Assembly (NCBI GenBank): GCA_025603075.1
Contig: MU626356.1
Coordinates: forward strand, 17,305 to 81,304
Direction of reading: 5' to 3'
Source: Neoconidiobolus thromboides FSU 785
Taxonomy: Eukaryota; Fungi; Entomophthoromycota
DNA: 64,000 nt
The notes below the pieces were generated by a model that made no database searches, was not told the origin of the DNA, and was given only the letters and a program-made list of their open reading frames with translations. Below, piece after piece: positions 39,148-52,536 of this stretch; the stretch's first letter is position 1, and every line of letters begins with the position of its first letter. The translations under genes were made by a program, and so were the position numbers.

Positions 39148-41235
39148 ATATATTATAATTATTAAAAGATGAAAGTTAGTGCTAAATGTTTAACTAGAAA
39201 AAACTAAAAAATTACTAAAAGCTGTAAATTATATAAAATAATCATCATTATACAAATAGGTATAATAAAAATAAAACAAAAATTAAGCATTTGAATAATT
39301 ATAAATATTTAAAGTAACTTATCATTATAATGTGAAATCTGGTACTCAGTGGTTTGAGTCAAAAGGTTTTAGTTTATGTAACTAAGATAGACTTGAATTA
39401 TGAACAATACCATGTAACAGGCTACAGATTATACATGGCAAATAGGATGGACAATACTACTGTAAAATCTGTATGAAATATTATCATAAAGATTTAGTGG
39501 CCCTATTAAAGATACGATATCAGGAAGTAATCCAACCAAAAAGTCTAGAGCTATTATGTTGAAGAATCACTTTTATACTCCAACAAATATGGATACCAAA
39601 ACGAGAAGATAGTTCTTCGGAATTACGTGATAAAAATTCTCGTACCAAATCAAAATAAAAGACTTGGGGTTGATTGTGTCTGAACTTGAGGACACATCAA
39701 CTTAAGTGATTATTATGTTATAATCCATCATACAGCTGACAAAGTAATATTTTACAATGATTAAACTATAATTGTTAAACTTCATAAGACAAATTAAGCT
39801 ATGATAGATATTATTTATAAAAATAACTCTGGCTAAGCGAAAAAAAATTAATAATTAAAAAGTAAATTAAGAGTTTTGAGTTAGTTAAAATAAAAAAATT
39901 AAACTGCTTTATATTTAAAAAGTTAAAAAAATCTAATATTATTTTTTTTAATATTCTTGTTTTTATTTTAATTTTAAAAATAGACAAATATTAAATTTTT
40001 TAGTAAATTTATTATAACTTTCAATAAAGCTATTAGTAAGCTATTGTTTATTTTATATTTAAAATACTTAATTGTGTTATTATTTTTAATATTAATTTTA
40101 TAAAAGTCCTATAACATAAATGTTAATATAAATTAAAATAAATAGCATAAACAATAATTTTAAATGCTTTTTAATAAATTTTTTAATTATTATGAGAATA
40201 ATAACTCTACACTAGAGTCTATAATGCCAAAAAGTATTTATAAATAAATCTAGTATGTTGCCACTTTGATTATTATATTAGTTTATACTAAGTAGCTTTG
40301 TTTTTTATTTTTATTTTAGTTTAGTTTAATTATTGATTTTTAAGCAACAGACTTTAAAAAAATCAGCTAGTGAAATGGCTAATTCTAAAAAATACCTCTA
40401 TTTTTTTCAAGATGAACTAACCTGCAGTAACAAAATACATAATTTTAATCATATTAACACAATCATTAATAATTTAAAATTTGTTTATCTTTTTGCAACA
40501 CCAATGAGCCATTTTATCATAACTATTAAACAGTTAACTTTACAAAATTGCACTTAAAAATTCCATCTTTATTATTTTTGATTTTTTAGCTGAAACAAAA
40601 TTTAATCTCCTTGGAACCAATAAACTTATAATTTTGAAACATTGCGTTACAAGCTTTAATTTTACTGGTGCTGAGTTTTAAGGAAGAATTGATTTCTAAT
40701 TTTTATTTTCCGATGAAAAAACATAGAATTATAACAAATTATTCCATTTTGTGCGAATGATTATCTAAAATTTTAAAGTAAGAATATTCTAGATAATTAG
40801 ATGTTGAGCTGGCTTCTTTTTTTATTATTATTATAGTACTAATTCAAATACTATACTTCTTTCACTTTTTAGCACTAATAATACAATGCCTTCACCACTT
40901 AATTAGCCATTATTTTGAAATTATTAGCTCCACTAACTGTTTACCCAATGAAGTTCCACTTAATCTTTTCAATTTTTAACAAGGTTGATAAGCTTATCTT
41001 TACACCAATTGGTTAATAATGAGATCATTTTCGTTTAACTTTGACGTCATGGTCCTAATTGATTAGTATTTTATTAACTCAACCAATAATATATCAAACA
41101 GTTAGGTTTAGTGAGGTGGCTAGTTGAAGGGGAGAACAAATGAAGATGGATAAATAAACTTAATCAAACATAAAACCATCTTTTTTATTTAAAAACAAAA
41201 CTCCCACTATTTCGACTCCAAGTAAAAAACAAAAA

Positions 41236-44138
41236 ATGACGAATTGTAAAGATAGCACTGAAATATTGGAACCTAAAAGGGTCATTCATGTCTCCCACTT
41301 TATACCTTCTGTTTGTAATTTAAATACCGATAATAAAGAATGGTCTTTTCACTTACGTCGGGGTCATTCAGCTATGAATGTGGCAATCGGCTCTCTTAGT
41401 AAAGATTATGATAATTATCATATGGGATTTGTAGGAAAGGTGCTTAAAGAAGATGGTAGTGTACTTGAGTATGAAGTGTTAAATGAAGAAATGAAGGAGG
41501 AGCTTAAAAATAAATTGGTTAGCCAAAAGAAATATATACCAGTGTTTTTTAGTGAGGAAGAAGCCAGCAATCATTATGAAGGTTATTGTAAATCAGGTAA
41601 GATAATTTATTGGATTTTAGTTTATTACATACTAATAATTTATAATTTTAAACGAATAGAACTTTGGCCTATGTTTCATTATTTATTAGAAGATATGCGA
41701 GTGGACATGAAAATTCAAAAAGAACACTGGGAAGGTTATGTTAATGTTAATCAACATTTTGCTGATTCCATTATTCAATTTTATCAGCCTGGCGACTTTA
41801 GTATGTTAAATCAATTTATTTTGGTTTTATTAATTTTAATTGTTTTAAATAGTTTGGATTCATGATTATCATCTTATGCTTGTACCTGAAATGATTAGAA
41901 AGGCTATTCCCGATGCCAATATTGGTTTTTTCCTCCATGCTCCTTTCCCTTCAAGTGAAATATTTCGTTGTTTACCAAGTAGACTTTATAATTATTATTT
42001 TATAAGTTTTTTACTAATTGTTTTTTTAAATAGGACGTAAAGAAATCTTAAAGGGTATACTATCCTCCAATTTAGTTGGTTTACAAGTAATTTTATTTGA
42101 TTATCTTATTTATAAGAATAATGTATTCATATATATTATTTAGACATATTCTTATGCTCGTCATTTTATTAGTACTTGTACAAGAGTACTTGGTCTTGAA
42201 CCAGCACCTGAAGGTATTGACTATAAAGGTAGTATTATTACAGTGGATGTATTTCCGATTGGTGTAGATGCTAAAGTATCTGAACTTCATAGGTAATTAA
42301 CATTGGTTATATATATGTATTATTTATTTATATTATTTATAATTTAGAGCTTCTTTTGGAGTACAACATAAAATTAATTCATTAAAAGAATTATATAGTG
42401 GCAAAAAAGTAATTTTTGGAAGAGATAAGTTAGATCAAGCCACTGGTGTATTACAAAAATTTAAAACATATGAATTGTTTTTACAAAAATATCCAGAATG
42501 GCAAGGCAAAGTAGTTTTAGTACAAGTATCTTCTACATTACATAGTTTACCTAATCTTGAAAAAAAAATCAGTGAAATAGTAACACGTATCAATAGTCGC
42601 TTTGGTTCTTTAGAATATTCACCTGTTCATCACTTTCAGCATTCTATTGAAAGAGAAGAATACTATGGTTTATTATCAATGGCAGATGTAGCTTTAATCA
42701 CTTCAGTTAGAGATGGAATGAACACTACATCTCATGAATTTATTTTATGCCAAAAAGGTAATTATTCTCCATTGATATTATCCGAATTTACGGGTACTGC
42801 TGGCTCCTTAGAAGAAGCTATTTTAGTGAATCCATTTGATTATTCGGTATGATCCTAATTTTAATTTTAATTTATATTTTATTTATATAGTTGATTAATT
42901 TAATAGGGTGTTGCTGATGCGCTTAATGATGCACTTACTTTATCACATGAAAAGAAAGTGGAAGTACATAATGTAAGTTTAAATTATTATATATTTGATT
43001 ATATGATATTAATATTTTATTTTTATTTAGGCATTATATAAACGAGTAACCACCCAAGATGCTACTTTTTGGGCACAGAGTTTTGTAACAGCAATGAAAA
43101 AATGCTGTTCATCTTTTAATAATTCAAATCCAACTCCCTTTTTAGAATTTGATTTAATCAAGAAAGTTTATTCTAATAGTAAAAAAAGATTAATTTTATT
43201 TGATTATGATGTAAGTTATATATATATTAGACATATTGTTAGAATATTAATTATTTTCATTTTAATAGGGTACATTAACTGAAATCCGATCTGTACCCTC
43301 TGCTGCTATACCATCCGAAAAGATGTTAAATGCCTTAAAAACTTTAACTAAAGATCCAAAAAATGTAGTATGGATTATCTCAGGACGTGATCAAAAAGCC
43401 TTAATTGAATGGATGGGAGATGTACCTAATTTAGGATTAAGTGCTGAACATGGATGTTTTATGAAATATCCAGAATCAAATCTATCAGAATGGATTAATC
43501 TTGCTGAAGATATTGATTTAAGTTGGAGAGATGATGTAACTGAAATATTTACTTATTATACAGAAAGAACTCAAGGTAAGTTAATTATTTTATTATATAA
43601 TTAAGAAAAATGTACTAAAAAATGGTTATTTTTTATTATTTAAATTAGGTTCTTTTATTGAACATAAGCGTGCTTCTTTAACTTGGCATTATCGTATGGC
43701 TGATCCTTCTTTTGGTTCGTTCCAGGCAAAAGAATGTCAGAATCATTTAGAGAATGCAGTAGTATCTAAATTGCCAGTGGAAATATTAATTGGTAAAAAA
43801 AACATTGAAGTTCGACCAGTGGCTATTAATAAGGTAAGTTAATAATAGAATATAATAATTAAAATCTATAATATATCAATAATCTTTTTAATTTTTAATA
43901 GGGAGAAATAGTGAAAAGAATTATTAGTGCTAATCCGGATTGTGATTTTATATTTTGTGCTGGTGATGATAAAACAGATGAAGATATGTTTCGAGTATTA
44001 AATAATTGTGATATTGAAGAAGATAAAGTATTTGGCACAACTATTGGTACTTCAAGTAAAAAAACATTAGCTAACTGGCATGTTAATGATCCTCAACAAA
44101 TTATTGAAATTATGCAAAAATTACCAGAAAATAATTGA
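41236..44138 (+). CDS. TPS2: Trehalose-6-phosphate phosphatase (Tps2; GT20-like domain plus HAD phosphatase)
   Basis: Motifs: WIHDYHLMLVP, IGFFLHAPFPSSEIFRCLP, RDGMNTTSHE, LSEFTGTAGSL, and the HAD motifs LFDYD|GTL, IISGRD, LSAEHG, CAGDDKTDEDMF. Confidence 0.93.
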
Positions 44139-44376
44139 ATTGATGGATTATTGTTATAAGTTAATTATCACTGGTGCTTAAAGGATTGATATTTATAATA
44201 CTTTTAGCTTTATTCACATATATCTTCTTCTCTATGGAATAAATTTATACTAATTCTATTATATATTTAAGTTTCAATATCACGTTTTAATTTTAAATTT
44301 TATTTAAATTATTATTTGATATTTATGAATAGATGATGATATACTATCTAATATAATGAAATAAATTAAAAGATAT

Positions 44377-44473
44377 GAGAGTATTTTTTTGACTTCATTA
44401 TTTTTTCCACTTTTTAAGCGCTATTTGAGTGGAAAAATTGTTGGTAAAATTCTTAAACAAAAAATACATCCCC
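44377..44473 (-). mobile_element. MITE family A copy
   Basis: GAGAGTATTTTTTTGAC...AATACATCCCC, flanked by ATAT/ATAT; lies between the convergent TPS2 and PDT-like genes. Confidence 0.9.
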
Positions 44474-44651
44474 ATATTATATTTATAAGAATAGAAAATA
44501 AATTATTAATTAAGATAAGAGTACTGATTTTTTTATTTATAAATTTAAAAAATAATAGAATAATAAAAATGATAGACTTTATTTAAATCTTTAAATATTT
44601 AAAGTAAAAAAACAAAGCTAACAAATACGATTGAATATTTCCAATAACAAT

Positions 44652-45704
44652 TTAAAGACCAACTGGAGCCAAATCAAAAGTAGGTTTAGCAAAATATCTA
44701 TTTGAAAAATGAATATTAATACAACTTTGAACATATAAAGTAAACTAAATAAAAATTACCTAGGATAACTTCCTAATACATGAACATTACTTGCAAATTC
44801 TTTTAAATTTTCAATAGCTCTTTCTAATTTTTCTTCAACTTTAGGAGCTCCATCTACATCCACAATCATGGTGTATTCCCAAGCAGAATTAGAACGTATA
44901 GATCTTATAGAAGCACGGGATTCGACTTTACAAATACTAGAAATAAAAAAAAGAAGATCAATAAAATTAATAATAATAACAATAATAATAATAAATGAAA
45001 AGAGTATATATAACTTACTTAATATCCCTTAAAGCGAAAGTAGAAAATACTTTCATTAAAGTACCTGGTGAATTTTTTAAAGTGATTGCAATCGAAGTTT
45101 TTGGTAATTGATGACGTTCTGGAAAAGTAGGGGAATTTGAAATAATAAAGTATCTAGTAAAATGATGATTGGAATGTTCAATTAAATTTTTAGTTATTAG
45201 TTTTAAATTATATTTTTGGATCATTGATATATTTCCTACAAAGCCAGCACAATTTAATTCCCCTTTAGAAATCGATTCAATACTTGGTAGAAGATCTTGA
45301 TTTATTTGATAAATTATTTCCTTTTGTTTAAACAATTGATTTAATTCCACTTTAGTTTGTTCAATAATTTTAGTATCTAAAATCACTTGTTTAATATTCT
45401 CTAATTCTACAGAGGGATGAACTCCAAGGCCAATTTCTTCATGTAATATAACTTCACCAATAATATGTAATTTAGGATAACGTAATAAAAAATCTAATGA
45501 GTTCAAAAAAGTACCAGATAAACTATTTTCATATGGTAAAATAGAATGAGTAATAGAATTATTTTCAAAGGCTGTACCAATAGATAATAAATCAGAATGG
45601 GCTTCAGATTCAAAGCTGGCATTGTCTGGAAACGCTTCATTCATAATAGTAGTTAAATCAGTACCTTCTGATGATTGATAGGCTATTTTGATAGAGTTAG
45701 ACAT
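44652..45704 (-). CDS. Prephenate dehydratase-like protein with ACT domain; active-site motifs diverged
   Basis: IAYQ, ILPYENSLSGT, LHIIGEVIL, HFTRYFII, then the ACT domain KTSIAITLKNSPGTL...NICKVESR...WEYTMIVDVDG...HVLGSYP. Two introns. Confidence 0.8.
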
Positions 45705-45784
45705 ATTTTATAATCGATAGTTTATAATCAATAATTGACAATTGATTTGAGTTGAATTCTAATTTTAAATTTCAACAGTCACTC

Positions 45785-45888
45785 TATTTATACAAGTTGC
45801 TGACGTAAGTCTCAAAAAGTCATCCTTATATTTTAATTAATGGCCACAAATCATCATTCATGAAATTTATAAAGTTAATATGACTCAT
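45785..45888 (-). promoter_or_regulatory. Gcn4/CpcA site (ATGACTCAT), TGACGTA and TATAAATA upstream of the PDT-like gene
   Basis: ATGACTCAT at 45880-45888, TGACGTA at 45801-45807 and minus-strand TATAAATA at 45785-45792, 80-185 bp before the ATG. Confidence 0.55.
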
Positions 45889-46397
45889 ATTTAAAAATAT
45901 AAAAAATAAATTATATAGCTGAAATCAAGTATATCGGTGCTACTTAAAGGGCGAATCCACTATAGTTGTTACTTATAAATATTAAGCCTTTAATTGAAAT
46001 TAAAGTATTTAGTTAAAAAAATAAGCTTTACAGCTAGAAATTGTATTTTGGAGTCACTTAAAGAAAGAGTATGTAGGTTGCTCCAACTTTATTTAAAATG
46101 TAGAATGAATTTTATCTAGCTTTTTAAAACAACTGAAATTGTAGAATGTTTTTAATAGCTTACTTAAATATAAACACTTTTATTACTAGTAATTTATTTT
46201 TATTATCATATTATTTATTTGAATGTTCAAGTTTTTATTTAAAATGTAAAATGAATTTTTAAAGGTTGCTTAAAGTGAATTTTAATTCAATCTAGTACTT
46301 TATGTAAAATAGTTTCTATTTTTTTTAAATTCTAAACTTTGAAAATGAACATAATATTTAATAAACTTTACCTTATCATTAGTTCAACTATTAATAT

Positions 46398-46496
46398 GGG
46401 GATGTTTTTTTTGATTTCATTACTTTATTCATTTTTTAAGCGCTATTTGAGTGGAAAGATTATTAGTAAAATTCTTAAACAAAAAAATACATCCCC
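46398..46496 (-). mobile_element. MITE family A copy
   Basis: GGGGATGTTTTTTTTG...AATACATCCCC, flanked by ATAT/ATAT. Confidence 0.9.
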
Positions 46497-46932
46497 ATAT
46501 TAACTTTTGAAAAAAGTCCTTAAATAAAGTTCATGCTAGTATTAGCTATCTTATAATGATAATTTTATATATAAAATTACTTGAAAAGTTACTAAATCCA
46601 ATTATTTAATGTGGCTTAATTAATGTTAATAATTTTTGATAAATATAGCTACAATAAAGAATCATAAATCATATATAAATTTTATTAATAAAATTTAATA
46701 TCAAGATAAAAAAGAATTGCGGTTTTTAAAATAAAATAAAAATCTATCATTTATGATCTTTTTATTAGAGAATCAATTTTATTATTATGTTTATTTTATT
46801 CTAATTAATTATATGATTTTTAGTATAATTGATAATAACCAACTTGATTTTTTTATCATTATAATAAATTGATCTTAATAATTATTTTATAGTGAATGAA
46901 ATAATATAAATAATCTTGCATTTATATTATAT

Positions 46933-47029
46933 GGGGATGTTTTTTGTGTTTAAGAATTTTACTACCAATTTTTCCACTCAAATAGCGCTCAAAAATAGAA
47001 AAAGTAATGAAGCCAAAAAAAACACTCCC
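46933..47029 (+). mobile_element. MITE family A copy
   Basis: GGGGATGTTTTTTGTG...AAAACACTCCC, flanked by ATAT/ATAT. Confidence 0.9.
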
Positions 47030-47566
47030 ATATTTTAGCCTTGAAAGTTGAAATTCGTAAAAACTCATCTATTTCACTTTAATAATTTAAACTATTTATC
47101 ACTTATAATACTTTGTTCCTAATAATAATTTCAAATTAATTATCACTGATAATAGTTTGATCTTGATAGTTATTATAAACTTATCAAACTAATATAAATT
47201 ATCTTGTATTAATATTAAATACTTTAATCGTAATATTTTTAATTCATAAATTTTAGTATTATAGACATTAAGTATTAAATTGTTGAATAATAAATTTAAA
47301 ATATATAGCTAGATTTATTCTAGTAATTTTATCTAAAATTCAGAATTTATCAACTACTCACTAGTAAAATCATTTTAGATACATTTTTAAATACAGTTTC
47401 CATAAATTTTAATAAAATCCTTAATTAAAATGTATAAACACGAATATAGTATAAATTTTTATGCGATATTAAATTATGATGCTCTAAGTGAAATTACAGT
47501 TAAAATGTGATAGAGTTTAAATTAATACTCAGTTATTTTTATTAAGTAGTTGTTTAGTTTTAATAT

Positions 47567-47737
47567 GGGATAGCCTTGTTTTTACTATTCAATATCTATT
47601 TTTCCGGGTTTGTATTGCATAAAAATAAACAAATATATAGTAACATCTTTTTCGGTTACATTGTTTTATCGGGTTTTTTCCACTCAATAACGATTAAAAA
47701 ATGGATAAATAATGAAATCGAAAAAGATATCCCTCCC
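47567..47737 (+). mobile_element. 171-bp longer relative of MITE family A
   Basis: GGGA...TCCC ends with ATAT/ATAT flanks. The right ~65 bp align to the family A right half; the interior is different. Confidence 0.7.
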
Positions 47738-49755
47738 ATATAAAACTAATAAAACATTCCCACACTTATCTCATATCATTTATATCACAAATACACAGAT
47801 TTAGCATATTTAGTATGCTTAATTGATATCAAGTTATTTATAGATGTCTTTTACACAAAAATTACATAGGCATTGTAATGTATTGAAATAAATTCCAATT
47901 ATCTAAATAGAAGTTGGTGAAAAATTAAGGTTCAAGGTAAAAACTAATAAAGCTGATAAAACTTTATAGACTAAAATTTTGGGTTATCAATGCTATCATT
48001 ATTTAGAAAATGTATATTGAATCAAAGGACTAATAATAAGTTCTTCATATAACAAAAAGAAACTAAGCAACTACTTTATTTTTTGCTACAGTTCATAAAT
48101 GATATTTCTATAAATTATTCGTTTTAAGAAGGGTTAAAAGTGAATCTTTACTATACCCTTAATTGTTCTTATAACAAAATAAAAATAAGTCTAAGTAGTT
48201 TTATTATAATGTCAACCATGTAAATGCTGATATTAGATATCTTTGTATCATTTCAATATAAAAGAGTTAAGTATGTATATAAATATATGAAAAGAATGAA
48301 ATTTTAATAATATTCTTTCTAAAATCAGAATTTAATTGTGTAATAAATAATAATTAAGGTGTAAAATTAGCTTTAATTTTCAAATAAATTATATATCTAA
48401 TGTTGATTTTGATAGGACTATTTCATCCATCAGCTTATTTAATTAGCTTAACAAAATTTCTATTTATATGTAAAGCCATTATCAATAGGTGGAATATTAA
48501 CCACTAATAGCTAATAAAGATAGAAATAGGGGAGAAAGAATAAAAAAAGGGAGAGATAATAAAATCCCTTAACGTATCATTCGGATTAGAAAGGTATATA
48601 AATAAATGGATTTTACTTACGCTTTATTTTTTCAAAATACATTAAATTGATTGGAATGTGTAACATTATGCTGAACGTTTCCGTTAATTTGTATCATAAT
48701 CACTATAATATAATTAATATCTTTACTGTTACACTTTATAGTTGAATTTGATTTCACATGGACTTGTAATTGGCTTTATACTTACACCTTAATTGTTAAT
48801 TTCATTAGATTATATTGTAATTGATTGGCTATAGTTAAATGCACTGTTACATCAAATTTAAGGGAGTAAACTATTATTCCTCAAATTATCCACTTTTTAA
48901 GGGATGATTTTGGCTTTTAATAAATTCAGTAATATTCCTAATAATCGTAACTTCTTATCATTGACTATTCAATTCCATGTGATAATTAAACATTATAGAT
49001 TAAATTAATCTTGGTGACTCCTTTTATTACTACGTTTATGCCATTTTTATTTTTCTTATCTTTTAATCCAAACCAGTTCAATATGGAGCTTAATATCATA
49101 GCTTTGAACTTGGCCCAAATCAACATTGAATGTTGATAGTTGATTTGTGTAAATCTTAAAATTTAAAATCATTATTATAATAATACAAGTTCGAAACTTG
49201 TTAATTAAGCATTCTATATCATCATTATAATGAATATTAAGGTTAATTTCATTTTATATAGTAAAGAACTAATTCAATTACTTACAAGATATACTTTTTT
49301 GTCTTTTTATTATCATTCATTTTTAAATTTCTTACATAAATTTTAAATTTAGTTAATCATATGCTAAAATTAGCAATAGCTTAATTCAAATCTATTAATT
49401 TAAATCTTGCTTATTTGATTGGTTAAGCTCTGTTCCTTTTCATTGAAATGAGATCATGTTTAGGAAACTACGTTATTTTTCATTTATTATTGGCTAAGCT
49501 TTTTAGATTGAGCGAATAATGATGGTAACGTTTAAAAACAATGTTTGGATCAACTAAATGTCACATGCTGTAATTTTGGATCATAAATCTGCTCAAATTA
49601 TGAGGCAGCTATTGCATAGTTTGTTCAAATAAAGATTTGTAGGGATTAAGGGGCAAAAAAGTATATAAACGCTGGAATTCTATTTTTTCCTTCTTTTATT
49701 AATAAGAGCTATCTCGAGCCAAAAACATCGATATCAAAGTTTTAATTTTATAAAA

Positions 49756-50925
49756 ATGATGGCAACTCAAGCAGAATCCCAAGTTGAACCTCAACCTAAC
49801 CAAAAGGTTGTTGTTGCTTCCGCCCCAGAATCCCCAATCCAAACCCCAACCGAAACTCAAGAAATTCCTGAATTTAATGAAAAAGAATTCCCTTCCCTTA
49901 ATTCTCCAAACAGCGAATCTTCTAAAGATTCCGAAGCTGAAGCTAAATTATTAGATCGTATCAATTCTATTCCAATGGTTGTTGAAGGACTCAATTTGAT
50001 CAAAGGTTTTGTAAAAGATGATACTAAAACTTATAATAGATTTATTAAGTATGCTTATAATACTGCCGAAACTGCCTTCACATCTGCTACTGAAATCGTC
50101 GAGAGCCGTTTCCCTAACCAAGTTAATGCTGCTGATCAACTTGCTTCCAAGTCCTTGGATTACTTGGAAGATCAATTCCCAGTAGTATTCCATCAATCCT
50201 CTTCCGAGGTTTATGAAACTTCTAAGCAAGCTATCTCACAAATTGTGGCTACTCCAACTGCTGCTATTGACTCAACTCTTGTTACCGTTGCTAACAGTGC
50301 TGAAGCTGTCCTTGATCGTTTCCTTCCAGTACCAACCGAAGAAAAGGAAGAATTATCCAAAGATGCTGGAATCGCTAGACTTCGCCATGTTGGTGTAGAT
50401 GCTCAACGTCGTGTTGTCAAGGTTGTTCGTTCTCAAATTGATAACATTTCTTCAGTGACTACTGGGGGATCTATCCTTCAAATGCGTGAATCAAATGCTT
50501 ACATCCAACGCGCTTCAGATGAAATTGCCTCTATAAGTGAAGGATTAACTACTCTTATCACAAAAGCTAAAGATAACATTGGATCTATCAAAGAATCCAG
50601 TGGTGAAATAATCTACCAAGCCCAATCTAACCTTACCCAACGTTTAAAGACTGAAATAGACTCTGTTTATAAATATATTAATGACAACTCAAATAAATTA
50701 CCTGAGACCGTGGTAGCTCAACTTGAACCTGCCTTTAACACTCTTAAAGAGCGTGCAACTAAAGTTACTCAAGAACTTCAAAGAGACGATCAGACCACTC
50801 TTCAAAAAGCCAATAATGCACTTGCTATTGCTACAGAATCTATCCCAATAATTGACAATGCCCGTATCTACCTTACATCCTTCATTGTCAAGCAAGAATC
50901 AAAAGCCGCTGAATCTAGCAATTAA
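49756..50925 (+). CDS. Perilipin-family lipid-droplet protein (PAT domain), intronless
   Basis: RINSIPMVVEGL...AYNTAETAF...ADQLASKSLDYLEDQFPVV is the PAT signature, followed by long amphipathic helices. Codon usage is strongly biased, suggesting high expression. Confidence 0.8.
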   Translation: MMATQAESQVEPQPNQKVVVASAPESPIQTPTETQEIPEFNEKEFPSLNSPNSESSKDSEAEAKLLDRINSIPMVVEGLNLIKGFVKDDTKTYNRFIKYAYNTAETAFTSATEIVESRFPNQVNAADQLASKSLDYLEDQFPVVFHQSSSEVYETSKQAISQIVATPTAAIDSTLVTVANSAEAVLDRFLPVPTEEKEELSKDAGIARLRHVGVDAQRRVVKVVRSQIDNISSVTTGGSILQMRESNAYIQRASDEIASISEGLTTLITKAKDNIGSIKESSGEIIYQAQSNLTQRLKTEIDSVYKYINDNSNKLPETVVAQLEPAFNTLKERATKVTQELQRDDQTTLQKANNALAIATESIPIIDNARIYLTSFIVKQESKAAESSN

Positions 50926-52479
50926 TTTAATGTTTAGCTTATTCTAAATTGACTTGTAATGGTACCTTGTAGACTAACATCAAGGCTAGGTACTATTTTT
51001 TTATTTACTCTTTAAAATTACTCTTTTAATATATTTGGTTTCAATACTTAAAATAAAGTTGCTTTATTATTTTTATCTTTTGAGTGTATAGTATTATTTG
51101 TTAAACTTTATTAATATTTAATAGGTGTGTATTATGTCATTTATCCCCAAACTTTCTCCAAATGTTGTTCAGTTATTGTGATAATGTTTATTAAATCAGC
51201 TGATCCGATGGCATTGTTTTATATTTTTATTATGCCATAAAGAGTTTTGCTAGATGAATAAATGAGTTAACCTTAAAAGAAACTAAGAATAAAAGGGAAT
51301 GTTAGTTTTATATATTATATTAAAGATTCAATGAACTCGAGAGTTTAGTGCTAATATTTTTTTAAAAGTATACTATATAAATATAAAACTGCAAATTGAT
51401 ACTAAATTTAATTTACTTTTTGATTATATAGAAATTGAATTGAAATTAAGAAAAATGTTCAAAATCTTTTTTAAATTTCAACTTGAGTTTAAGCTTCATT
51501 AAAAAAAGAAAAAGGAGGTACTTCAATCTATAATTGATAATAATAGATACAAGTCAAGAAATATTAAATTTACCAAATAGCAACAATTTCTCCCATTTTC
51601 CACCTAATAATGTAAGCTTACCAGATAGATGGAAAATGTTTTAAACTTTGAAATTTATTAAGTCTACTTAATAACTTTGTTGCTATAATTGATAGTAAAT
51701 AATATTCGAAATTTTTATCAATTTTTTTCATAAAATATTATTTTGGAGTAATTTTAATAATTTTAAAAATAGAATTCACTTTTGTAAGGTTAATCTCTAT
51801 TTAAGTCTTTTATAGACAAAAATCGGGATAGTTATATTGTTTGAGTTATAAACATATTCTATCATACATTTACTTAATAGTAAATGAATAAAAATTTGTA
51901 AAAAACAGTAAAAACATAAATTAAAAAAAGATTTTAAAGTAAAACATCATTAATTTTAAAGCTTATGAAAGCTACTATAGGTATGAGTTATTTTTAAAAT
52001 TATTCATCTATTCAGAAAGTTTAGTTTACCCAAGACAATTGAAGGATAAGAAATGACGGGTAGGGAAGCTAGATCTTGTTAGACTGAGGGTTGGTGAAGG
52101 TTGTCACTTTCTATCAATTTAATCCTAGAAGTTCATATACTTTTTGGTGAGTTTTGGTGCGATGTTGAATGTAAAGTAACTCCTTTCAAAATACTTCTCT
52201 TGGTTTTAGTACTGTCACTTATATAGAAAGAGAAGCAATAGTTTTTTTTACTATAGTTTGTTTAAAGTCTGGTGGGTGATCTAGATGGTATTGCCAATAA
52301 CTAAAGCACTGAATTTTTAAAAAATCAGTTACTATTATAAAGATAATAAACAAATCTAATAAACTTGATGATACCCTTTTTTAGGAACCAGTTACTAATT
52401 GACTTCAGCACTATAATCTTAATTAATACGCTAGTAGTTTCTTCTACCTAAATAAAAGTTACAAACCATTTGCTATTTG

Positions 52480-52536
52480 TGAATATTTTTGGTTTCATCA
52501 CTTTTTCTATTTTCATAAGTGGAAAATTTCTAGTGC
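52480..52536 (-). mobile_element. Degenerate partial MITE family A copy
   Basis: TTTTTGGTTTCATCACTTTTTCTATTTT...AAGTGGAAAATT matches the consensus with an internal deletion; termini are lost. Confidence 0.45.

Noticed and set aside
38700-39300. Possible fifth, extremely decayed HTH-array copy around the MITEs at 38522 and 39050
   Set aside because: Only faint fragments (e.g. R*KLVLN) are visible and they cannot be separated from A-rich background by eye.
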